The notes beneath the pieces were generated by a model, which saw nothing but the letters and a program-made list of their open reading frames with translations, did not search any database and had not been told where the DNA came from. The position numbers were made by a program, and so were the translations under genes. DNA of 64,000 bases, taken from an uncultured Candidatus Saccharibacteria bacterium (lineage in GTDB: Bacteria > Patescibacteriota > Saccharimonadia > CAILAD01 > BJGX01). Of this stretch, positions 56,229 to 64,000 are shown one piece after another. The stretch lies in assembly GCA_964552475.1 (NCBI GenBank), contig CAZKFZ010000002.1, positions 70,160-134,159 of the forward strand, given 5' to 3'. Within the stretch, counting starts at the first letter, position 1. Each line of letters begins with the position of its first letter.

Positions 56229-56372
56229 ATGGCCGATATCGGCAAGCCACGTAGAACTATTGAGATAGATCCTGTTGAAGTTCCTGATAGTCCTGCCGAG
56301 ATACCAGTAGATGATCCGGCACGCGAACCTAACCCAGTAGAAGAGCCAGAGAAGGTTCCAGTAGATGTCTAA
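56229..56372 (+). CDS. Small acidic Pro-rich peptide (47 aa), overlapping the start of paralog B
   Basis: MADIGKPRRTIEIDPVEVPDSPAEIPVDDPAREPNPVEEPEKVPVDV. aaggaa SD. The track ORF starts earlier, at 56163. Confidence 0.35.
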   Translation: MADIGKPRRTIEIDPVEVPDSPAEIPVDDPAREPNPVEEPEKVPVDV

Positions 56373-57306
56373 AAAGAAAGGCAAAGACTCGAAAAGACTA
56401 AAAGATATTCATATTTACTCACTTCTCTCGCTTATTGCTTTTGGATCTTACTTAGGATTCAAATACTATAGTGGCCAAGCTAGTGGGTCTGGTGGCTCAG
56501 AAGCAGTACAAGATACAATTGTAAGTCTTCTAATATTTATCGTCGACACTTTTACGATTTTTCTTGCTATCGCCTGGCTAATTGTAGCGGTTACAGTGCT
56601 ATCTGTCATGGTCTTTAGAAGAAAAATTTTAGGTCTACCAAAAGATATTTACCCTTACTACAAGCAACGCCTTAAGCATGGTAAGTCTCTAATAAAATCT
56701 GGTAAAAAAGAAAAATTCGATAGTAACACGCCAGTGCCAGAGAGTATTACCGCAAAAAAATTTGCAAGACTATACTACCAAGAAGACACCGGTAGTCTAG
56801 TTTTTAGGCCAATAGTTAATAGCACTACTACTTATGGCCTAAGAGAGAAAGCAGTTTGTTACAAACATCTCAAGGAAGAATCTCATTCACCACCAGAAGA
56901 AGACTGCCGATGTGGTTTTTACGGACTAAGGTCTTTCGACGAACTTATAGCGGGGTTTGAAATGCCCGGAAAGCTATTAAGTAGAGTTTTACTAACTTGT
57001 AATATGTATGGCAAAATCAAAGAAGCAAGTAATGGCTTTAGAGCAGCTTTACAGCAAGTCTTGTCGATTGAGTTTTTCAAGCATTGCTACATTTGTGCAA
57101 AAAAGCACCCCGAAAAATCAGTAATGGCTAGTAAAATTGCTATACACAAAAGCTCTGTTGGTATCTCTGATGTTATTCGTGGCGAGTCACTACTAATACC
57201 TGTCTGTAATCAGCATACTCTTGATATAGAGAGATCGTGGACTATTCAAGATATTAGAGATAAACTCAAAGTAGATGTTGATTGGTACGAAATCACACCC
57301 TTGTAA
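56365..57306 (+). CDS. Hypothetical TM protein with CxCGFYG / CxxC / VCxxH motifs (paralog B)
   Basis: CRCGFYGLRSF ... YGKIKEASNGFR ... CYIC ... LIPVCNQHT ... TIQDIRDKLKVDVDW. Confidence 0.5.
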   Translation: MSKKKGKDSKRLKDIHIYSLLSLIAFGSYLGFKYYSGQASGSGGSEAVQDTIVSLLIFIVDTFTIFLAIAWLIVAVTVLSVMVFRRKILGLPKDIYPYYKQRLKHGKSLIKSGKKEKFDSNTPVPESITAKKFARLYYQEDTGSLVFRPIVNSTTTYGLREKAVCYKHLKEESHSPPEEDCRCGFYGLRSFDELIAGFEMPGKLLSRVLLTCNMYGKIKEASNGFRAALQQVLSIEFFKHCYICAKKHPEKSVMASKIAIHKSSVGISDVIRGESLLIPVCNQHTLDIERSWTIQDIRDKLKVDVDWYEITPL

Positions 57307-57319
57307 CCACAAGGGTGTT

Positions 57320-58351
57320 TTATTTTATTATTCCACCCCCAACAACAATATCGCCATCGTAAAACACTGCCGACTGGCCAGGTGCAATGGCTCTTTCTGG
57401 CTCATTTAACACTACTCTCCAAACCCCTTTCGACTTTAGAGTGACCGCACATTTTTTGAGCTTGCTTCTATAGCGCACTCGTACTTCTAATTTATGTTTG
57501 GGTTCTTGCCACCAATTGCAGTCATCAATAGTAAACTCTGACTTATTTAGTAATGGTGATTCCTCGTTACTTGTAATATATACAATGTTTTTTTGAGCAT
57601 CTATATTGTAAACAAAATATGGCTTACCGCCACCTATACCCAAGCCATGACGTTGACCAATAGTGTATGAAAAAGCTCCATTGTGCTCACCAAGCTTGTT
57701 GCCATTTTCATCTAAAATAGCTCCTGTTTTGGGTCTTATAAATTCACTCAAAAAATCACTCATCGGTACATTACCAACAAAGCATAGACCCTGAGAGTCT
57801 GGTCGAGCATAATTGGGCAGATTATGTTTCTTGGCTAGCTCACGCACCTTGGTTTTAAGTAGCTTGCCCAAAGGAAATAGTACTCTACTCGCCACTTTTG
57901 GATTTATTCTATACAAAAAGTAGGTTTGATCTTTAGACTTATCAATAGCTGTTTGGAGTTGACTATTAATCATGCGAGCATAATGACCAGTCGCAATGTA
58001 ATCAGCCCCATCAGTAATACATCGACCTAAGAAAATCTTAAATTTTATTTCTGAGTTACACATAATATCGGGGTTAGGGGTAAGACCTTTTTTGTATGTG
58101 TCTAGCATATAGCTCGTGACTTTTTGATAGTACTCTTTTTCAAAGTCGTATATGTGTAGAGGTATTTGCAAATGAGCGGCAACACTGCGGGCGCTAGCCA
58201 AATCTTCAGCCCAAGGACATTTGTACCCAGCGATATCTTTGCTCCAATTTTTCATATATACCCCAACTACATCGTAGCCCTGATCTTTTAATAGTGCTGC
58301 TGCCACTGCACTATCTACCCCACCAGATAATCCTACAAAAGCTTTTTTCAT
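57320..58351 (-). CDS. mnmA: tRNA-specific 2-thiouridylase
   Basis: PP-loop VGLSGGVDSAVAA and an overall MnmA layout with catalytic Cys. Confidence 0.85.
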   Translation of the reverse strand: MKKAFVGLSGGVDSAVAAALLKDQGYDVVGVYMKNWSKDIAGYKCPWAEDLASARSVAAHLQIPLHIYDFEKEYYQKVTSYMLDTYKKGLTPNPDIMCNSEIKFKIFLGRCITDGADYIATGHYARMINSQLQTAIDKSKDQTYFLYRINPKVASRVLFPLGKLLKTKVRELAKKHNLPNYARPDSQGLCFVGNVPMSDFLSEFIRPKTGAILDENGNKLGEHNGAFSYTIGQRHGLGIGGGKPYFVYNIDAQKNIVYITSNEESPLLNKSEFTIDDCNWWQEPKHKLEVRVRYRSKLKKCAVTLKSKGVWRVVLNEPERAIAPGQSAVFYDGDIVVGGGIIK

Positions 58352-58941
58352 TGGTAATTACCCGTGGTGTATATATATAGCAACTTTTGTAATTCACTTA
58401 AAGAAATATTTTTACCAAAATCTGTTTTCCACCATTGCGACTTACTCCATCTGTCGTCGTAAGAACTGACGTTTTGAATTTCATAATCTCTACCCAGTAC
58501 TGCAGAAAATGTATCGTGAGTACGGCGTTGATGATATGGACTGGTGACCAAGATAATCTTGTGTGCATCGGTATCTAGCAATAACCTTTTGGTATTTGTG
58601 GCGTTTTGATAGGTATTCTTTGAATCTACATCGATAAGAATTGAGCTGTCGGGTACCCCTTCGCCTAAAGCCTGTTCGCGCATAGCCGAAGCGTTACTTG
58701 GACCATCGTCAAGTGCTGCGCCAGAAAATATTATTTCACTCGCAAAGCCTTGCTTGTATAGCTCTATACCTTTTTGAGCACGAGTGGTAGTCTGACCACC
58801 ACTAACTACTACTATTGCATCGGCTTTGCCAACATTGGCTGTTTGGGGACTTAAGAAAAACCCCAATCCAAAAAATATCGTTGATAGTAGTGCCGCTATT
58901 ATGGCTAGTATAACTAGCATGGTTATAAAAAACTTTCTCAT
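58348..58941 (-). CDS. DUF218 / YdcF (ElyC-like) family protein
   Basis: IVVVSGGQ...GIELYKQG...IIFSG pattern. N-terminal TM. 4-nt overlap with mnmA. Confidence 0.6.
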   Translation of the reverse strand: MRKFFITMLVILAIIAALLSTIFFGLGFFLSPQTANVGKADAIVVVSGGQTTTRAQKGIELYKQGFASEIIFSGAALDDGPSNASAMREQALGEGVPDSSILIDVDSKNTYQNATNTKRLLLDTDAHKIILVTSPYHQRRTHDTFSAVLGRDYEIQNVSSYDDRWSKSQWWKTDFGKNISLSELQKLLYIYTTGNYQ

Positions 58942-58957
58942 ATATAGTTTTACATAT

Positions 58958-60103
58958 CTATACTAACGTATTTAGAGTTTTTTTGAGAATTTTACAAAAC
59001 TCATCTATATCTTTATGTTTAGTAGATTTACCAAAGGAAATTCGTAAACTTCCTTGCGCTTGCGCTTTTGATCTACCAACAGCCAACAATGCATGACTAG
59101 GCATATTGTTAGTAGCTTCGCATGCTGCTCCAGTAGAGACTTCAAAGCCCGACGCATCTAAATAAGCAACCAAATCAGCGCCGTTCGCTCCGTCTATACA
59201 GATACTTGCTACAGAAAATATTCTTTCCTTTGGATGACCATTTTCAATAACTTTATGTTCTTGGCTGATGTCGTGAATGAGATTTGTATATAGCTCTCGA
59301 TAATAGCTTGCATATTTTTTACGCTCTTTATTTACATTGCTTAGTGCCTGAGCCATACCAACTACTAAACTAATATTTTCACTACCAGAGCGTAGACCGT
59401 TCTCTTGTTTTCCACCATAGATTATTGGATCGAGCTGAGTACCTCTTTTAACATAGAGCGCCCCAATACCTTTTGGCCCATATATTTTAGCCCCTCCTAC
59501 AGTCAATAGGTCTACTCCAAGTCTACTTACATCGCAGTTAAGAGTCTGAACAGCGGCACTCGCATCAGAATGAAAAATTACCTTTGTACCATTTGAACGC
59601 TCGTGGTTTTTAATAATGGCAGAAATCTTGGATATTTGCTGTGTTGTGCCTATTTCACTATTTGCATAACTAATAGTTACTAATTTGGTGTCGTAACAAA
59701 GTTTTCGTTCTAAATCTTGTTTATCAATCCTGCCATGTTTATCGACATTACACCAATCAATCTCGTAACCTTGCAAAGCTAAGTAATTTAGTGGTTCACG
59801 AACAGATGAGTGCTCTGTGGCTATAGAAATAATATGACCTTTTTTTTCTGCTTTAACAGCACCCAATATTGCTAGGTTATTAGATTCTGTTGCGCTACTG
59901 GTAAAAATAATTTCTTCAGTATTGGCCCCAAAAAACATAGCAATTTGTTTGCGAGCTAAAGACAAGTAGTTATTTGCCTCTCTGCTACTTGTATACTGCG
60001 ACGAAGGGTTGGCAATTACATGTTCTACATCATGCATGGCTTTGGCTACATTCTTATCTAATGGCGTTGCAGCTGCGTAATCTAAGTAAACTCTACCTCT
60101 CAT
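58958..60103 (-). CDS. Cysteine desulfurase (class V aminotransferase, IscS/NifS-like)
   Basis: YLDYAAATP start, a PLP-lysine region, and the C-terminal catalytic Cys loop TGAACE. Confidence 0.75.
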   Translation of the reverse strand: MRGRVYLDYAAATPLDKNVAKAMHDVEHVIANPSSQYTSSREANNYLSLARKQIAMFFGANTEEIIFTSSATESNNLAILGAVKAEKKGHIISIATEHSSVREPLNYLALQGYEIDWCNVDKHGRIDKQDLERKLCYDTKLVTISYANSEIGTTQQISKISAIIKNHERSNGTKVIFHSDASAAVQTLNCDVSRLGVDLLTVGGAKIYGPKGIGALYVKRGTQLDPIIYGGKQENGLRSGSENISLVVGMAQALSNVNKERKKYASYYRELYTNLIHDISQEHKVIENGHPKERIFSVASICIDGANGADLVAYLDASGFEVSTGAACEATNNMPSHALLAVGRSKAQAQGSLRISFGKSTKHKDIDEFCKILKKTLNTLV

Positions 60104-60906
60104 ATAGAAAAAAGTTCCTTTGTATTTTTTGATGTCTGCTCTACAAACGCAGTAAAATCTTCGCTTCGTAGCTTGGCTAAAAACTTTGCCGTAGCTTCTA
60201 AGTAACTAGGTTCATTACGTTTACCTCTATACGGCATCGGGCTTAAAAATGGACAATCTGTCTCTAAGAGTATTCTATTTTGCGAAATGGTTTTAGCCGC
60301 TATTAGTTGATCTTGATCTTTCGAAAAAGTCATTATACCGTTCAAGCCAAAAAATAGGCCTATTTCGTTGGCTTTATATATTTCGTTTATGTGTCCAGTA
60401 AAGCTATGTATAACCCCTTTCGTGTTTGGATAACCTTTGATTATAGAAAAAAAATCTTCCCACGCATCCCTTACATGAAACACAACAGGCAAACCACAAT
60501 CTAGGGCTAGTTTTAGTTGCATCTCTAACATATCGTATTGCTCACGCTTGGTAGAGTGATTTTTAAAATAATCAAGTCCACACTCACCTATTGCTACAAT
60601 CGCTTTTTGGTATTTGCTATCTTTTGCCAGTCTCTCAATACCTAGAAAAGCTTTTTTACCTAGACTAGCCTCGTGTGGATGAACGCCTACAGTAGAGTAA
60701 AGCTTAATCCCACTGGCCTTGGCAATTACTGTTGGGTCTAACACAAAATTCGTAGCTTTTTTTGAGTCTTCAAGATCTGTGCCAACAGTTATAATTGTGC
60801 TTATACCATTATCTTTGGCATTAATAAGTACCTGTTCTAAGTCATTAGAATAGTCATCAAAATGAATATGGGCATGGCTATCAATCAGCACCAAAATGCT
60901 CCACAA
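60100..60906 (-). CDS. tatD: TatD-family metal-dependent hydrolase (DNase)
   Basis: LIDSHAHIHFDDY and conserved His/Glu/Asp positions. Confidence 0.8.
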   Translation of the reverse strand: MWSILVLIDSHAHIHFDDYSNDLEQVLINAKDNGISTIITVGTDLEDSKKATNFVLDPTVIAKASGIKLYSTVGVHPHEASLGKKAFLGIERLAKDSKYQKAIVAIGECGLDYFKNHSTKREQYDMLEMQLKLALDCGLPVVFHVRDAWEDFFSIIKGYPNTKGVIHSFTGHINEIYKANEIGLFFGLNGIMTFSKDQDQLIAAKTISQNRILLETDCPFLSPMPYRGKRNEPSYLEATAKFLAKLRSEDFTAFVEQTSKNTKELFSI

Positions 60907-61312
60907 ATATTTCAGGTATAGGACTAAGGTAGCTTGTGTATCTAGCCCACATCGGAGTAACTACAACAAAACATTCTCCAGGTGTAAATTGGTGTTCTCT
61001 AGCACTCGGAATCTTTTCATAGTGTGTTTTGGCATAATCCTTTGCATCTTTGTGGTTTAACACCCTCGCTACTCCTTCGATTTGCACACTTTGTAGTGAT
61101 CCATCACTACCTCCAATTACCAACGAAATGTTAGGGTTGTTACGAATATTTTCAACTTTACGAGTATTGGTGCTGGTAGCAAAAATTAATTCATGCTTAC
61201 TATTGTGCGATATTCCTACAAGTGCCGATTCAGGCTGAGAGGCTTTATTAATAGTCGATACCACTGCATAAATATTAAATCTTACCAAATCAAATATTTT
61301 ATCTTTTTGCAT
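60881..61312 (-). CDS. Pyridoxamine 5'-phosphate oxidase-like FMN-binding split-barrel protein
   Basis: 143 aa with a PNPOx-like pattern. Confidence 0.5.
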   Translation of the reverse strand: MQKDKIFDLVRFNIYAVVSTINKASQPESALVGISHNSKHELIFATSTNTRKVENIRNNPNISLVIGGSDGSLQSVQIEGVARVLNHKDAKDYAKTHYEKIPSAREHQFTPGECFVVVTPMWARYTSYLSPIPEIFVEHFGAD

Positions 61313-61314
61313 TA

Positions 61315-62745
61315 CTACTCCTCCTTTTTAGGAAATAATACTCCTGGTGAATTATTTATCACTCCACTTAAGAATATTTTAATAATTTTATCTGAAGTGT
61401 CTGGTAAAAAGGGCTTAAGTGCCTTTGCTATTGAGACTATTTCACTTGCTAAGCCATTTAAGTATTCTTTGGTTTTGGTGGTGTCACTTTTTACTAGTTG
61501 CCATGGTTTGTTCTCCTCTATAGAAGTGTTGAGGTTATCTAGGCGAGCAAATATTTTGTCTAGATACTTATTAAAAGAGCAAGTAGCTATGTCGTCTTCT
61601 AAGCCAGTAATTGGCACGGTATCGATATTGTCAAATTTACCATTGCAATATTTTTCAATCATCGAGGCGGTGCGGGCTACAAGATTTCCTAAATTATTAG
61701 CTAGGTCGGAGTTATACACTTCTACAAACCTTTCACGCGTAAAGTCTCCATCGTTATCGAAAGGAATGTAACGTAGTAAATAGTAGCGCAAGGCGTCAAC
61801 ATGAAATTCATCTAAATAGGCTATAGGATCTACTACATTACCTAAGCTCTTACTCATTTTATGTCCGCCGGAATTTATGAATGGGTGCACATACACCATT
61901 TGTGGAGTCTTTTGACCAGAACTTAGTAGCATTGCTGGCCACAGTAAACAATGAAACCTTGCAATATCCTTACCTATAATATGCACATCGGCTGGCCAAA
62001 ATTTGTCATACATAGTACTATCGTCGTCATAGCCCACCGCCGATATGTAGTTGGTAAGGGCATCAAACCAAACATACATTACATGGTCGTGATCGTTTGG
62101 CACCTCTACCCCCCAACTCAACTGACTCTTTGGTCTAGATATACTAACATCCTCAAGTCCGTTTTTGGCAAACTGTAGCATTTCATTGCGACGCTTTTCA
62201 GGAACTATTCTAAGATCATTTGTTTCTATAAGATCAATTATTTGATCTTGATATTTACTAAGCTTAAAAAAATAACTCTCCATATCTAGTTTTTTTAGTT
62301 CTGTTTTGTGTATAGGACATTTGTTATCAATAGCCTCGGTAGCAGTATAGTACTGTTCGCAACCAGTGCAATACAAACCAGAATATGTGTCTTTGTATAT
62401 ATCATTTTTGCAAGCCAGCCATATCTTTTGAGAAGCTTTCTTATGGCGAGTATCGGTAGTGCGAATAAAGTAGTCGTTTGATAAATTCAGTCTCCTGGCG
62501 AGATCAATAAAATTTTCAGATAACTCATTTACAAACACCAAAGGTTCTTGGTTGGCAACCTTTGCAGCATCTAAGAGTTTTTGACCGTGCTCGTCTGTGC
62601 CAGTCAAGAAAAAGGTTTCTTTATTTTCTTCTCTCGCAAAGCGTGCTAACACATCAGCTTGTATTAACTCCATTGCATAGCCAATGTGAGGCTTTGCGTT
62701 TGCGTAAGCTATAGAGGTGGTTACGTAGAATCTATTGTTTGACAT
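61315..62745 (-). CDS. metG: Methionyl-tRNA synthetase (short form)
   Basis: AYANAKPHIGYAMELIQAD (HIGH-class) and KMSKSLGN. Confidence 0.9.
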   Translation of the reverse strand: MSNNRFYVTTSIAYANAKPHIGYAMELIQADVLARFAREENKETFFLTGTDEHGQKLLDAAKVANQEPLVFVNELSENFIDLARRLNLSNDYFIRTTDTRHKKASQKIWLACKNDIYKDTYSGLYCTGCEQYYTATEAIDNKCPIHKTELKKLDMESYFFKLSKYQDQIIDLIETNDLRIVPEKRRNEMLQFAKNGLEDVSISRPKSQLSWGVEVPNDHDHVMYVWFDALTNYISAVGYDDDSTMYDKFWPADVHIIGKDIARFHCLLWPAMLLSSGQKTPQMVYVHPFINSGGHKMSKSLGNVVDPIAYLDEFHVDALRYYLLRYIPFDNDGDFTRERFVEVYNSDLANNLGNLVARTASMIEKYCNGKFDNIDTVPITGLEDDIATCSFNKYLDKIFARLDNLNTSIEENKPWQLVKSDTTKTKEYLNGLASEIVSIAKALKPFLPDTSDKIIKIFLSGVINNSPGVLFPKKEE

Positions 62746-64000
62746 TTTTATTGCTTTTTTTTGAATTAGCTGAATCTATTGTCGGTATAGGCTTGGAGTT
62801 AACTCGGTTTAATTTATTTCTTTTTTGTACATGCGATTGTATCAATTTTATAAGTATTATTCCAGTAATAAGTAAAAGCACTACCCACATTGGCCAGCTT
62901 TGGGGGGATATTTTTGTACTAGCCAAAATTACCGAGGCATTACCGCTTTGAGTAAAATCTGCACTTAAGCTTCCCCAGGCATAACTACCAAGCACTAGCA
63001 ACCATCTGGTAGTTTTTTGAGAAGGTGCCAGCGATCCTAGGATAATATTATCTAGTTTTGTACCCTGACGGGTGTTGATCTCATAATTATCTCCGGCAGT
63101 ATCGCTAGGTGACTGCACTTGAAATCTTGCAATAGCCACAAAAGGCAGTATCAACCACTTTTGTGCAGACATTTTACTATTAGTTTGTAAAATCGGCGGT
63201 GTACTCTTATATGTAATGGTGGTGTTTTCGTACTGGTAATTGGTGTCGTTACCATTCTGCATAACTGGTGCAGGTGCATTGTCTTTGATGCCCCAAATTG
63301 CAAAAGCCAAATGGTCTAAGTCGCTAGAGCCAAAGTTCTCAAATTTTTCATTCCAAGTTGGATCTAGATTCATCCAGCCAACGTTAGGAACATAGGCCTG
63401 AACCCATGAGTGTAAAGAATCACTTACCGAATTTGATTGCTTAAGGCTTCCAGAATAACCATAGCCAATAGGCATACGCGCAGGTATGCCAGCTGCTCGT
63501 AATAGACTAATAGTAGAGTCAGAATATTCTAGGCAAACTACATTGGTAGGATTTTGAAGAGCTTTTAGGCCACCTTGTCGAATGTTGTATTTTATCTTTT
63601 CATTGTTATAACTAAGTTTGCTTACCACATAGTCATTTATAGCTCGAACTTGTTCAGCGACAGTTTTCTTATCTTTGGTTAGTTCGTTGGCTTTGGCAAC
63701 TATTGTTGGGTCGTTGGCAGGCCAATAGGGTTGTGGGCTAGTGTAAGCACTTACTAAGTTCTTGGGAATATCAGCCTTTGTGCCACTAGCAGCAAGGTTG
63801 TAGTCGATGTAGCTTACTAGACCAATAATATTTGTACTAACATTTATTTTTGTATGCGCAGGCACATCGTAATCAGCCAATATATTACCGTCTCCATCTA
63901 ACCTAGTAGATTTCGGTTGTGGATCAAGTTTTTGAACAATAATTTGTTGGCCAGTTGTGTTGGGCGGTAAAGTAACGGTGTAGGTAGAGCTAAAGCTAGA
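62732..64000 (-). CDS. Transglutaminase-like cysteine protease domain protein with C-terminal TM, 5' end beyond the window
   Basis: CLEYSDSTISLLRAAGIPAR ... H ... GWMNLDPTW core. The frame stays open upstream of the track's TTG start at 63880 all the way to 64000. Confidence 0.6.
   Translation of the reverse strand, partial: SSFSSTYTVTLPPNTTGQQIIVQKLDPQPKSTRLDGDGNILADYDVPAHTKINVSTNIIGLVSYIDYNLAASGTKADIPKNLVSAYTSPQPYWPANDPTIVAKANELTKDKKTVAEQVRAINDYVVSKLSYNNEKIKYNIRQGGLKALQNPTNVVCLEYSDSTISLLRAAGIPARMPIGYGYSGSLKQSNSVSDSLHSWVQAYVPNVGWMNLDPTWNEKFENFGSSDLDHLAFAIWGIKDNAPAPVMQNGNDTNYQYENTTITYKSTPPILQTNSKMSAQKWLILPFVAIARFQVQSPSDTAGDNYEINTRQGTKLDNIILGSLAPSQKTTRWLLVLGSYAWGSLSADFTQSGNASVILASTKISPQSWPMWVVLLLITGIILIKLIQSHVQKRNKLNRVNSKPIPTIDSANSKKSNKNVKQ

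Noticed and set aside
61193-61771. Track ORF 61193..61771(+) 192 aa
   Set aside because: Antisense to the well-supported metG and PNPOx-like genes, with no RBS.

Overview
This window is a low-GC, gene-dense bacterial chromosome segment with short intergenic spacers, frequent 1-8 nt gene overlaps, and several genes carrying low-complexity tails. The mix of core genes suggests a small-genome, possibly Saccharibacteria/CPR-like organism, but that is an inference from the sequence only. The core backbone is mostly on the minus strand. From left to right it contains a partial RNase P RNA and proB at the left edge, then tRNA-Gln, trmD, a class I DAHP synthase, a KH-domain protein, rpsP, smc, rnc, nusB, rpmF-yceD, leuS, murF, a purN interrupted by an in-frame TAG, mscL, tRNA-Ala, obg, LysM-CHAP and MltG wall hydrolases, ruvX, an FtsA-like protein, eno, alaS, mnmA, a cysteine desulfurase, tatD and metG, plus a partial transglutaminase-like gene at the right edge. 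Between about 2.0 kb and 16.8 kb lies a compositionally mosaic integrative element inserted next to the 3' end of tRNA-Gln. It carries a large serine recombinase, phage terminase small and large subunits with no structural genes, a ParB-nuclease-domain/DNA methyltransferase fusion, a translationally coupled pair of unknown proteins, and a tight three-gene operon that is my main candidate for an undescribed system. That operon is a PLD-nuclease/SNF2-helicase fusion (1117 aa), a 1130-aa Eco57I/PglX-like N6-adenine methyltransferase with the NPPY motif, and a Cas4-like PD-(D/E)XK nuclease with Cys clusters overlapping the methyltransferase gene by ATGA. It reads as a split RM-like or DISARM/BREX-flavoured defence module, though I cannot match it to a named system by eye. 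Other points worth a second look are listed in the findings: a Phe/Tyr-rich leader peptide plus terminator upstream of DAHP synthase, a 26-nt conserved promoter-proximal element upstream of two small-ORF loci (one encoding a degenerate QueD/PTPS-like T-fold protein), two transmembrane paralogs sharing a CxCGFYG/Cys-His motif, and a tandem trio of membrane-anchored coiled-coil paralogs. No CRISPR array and no rRNA were seen.
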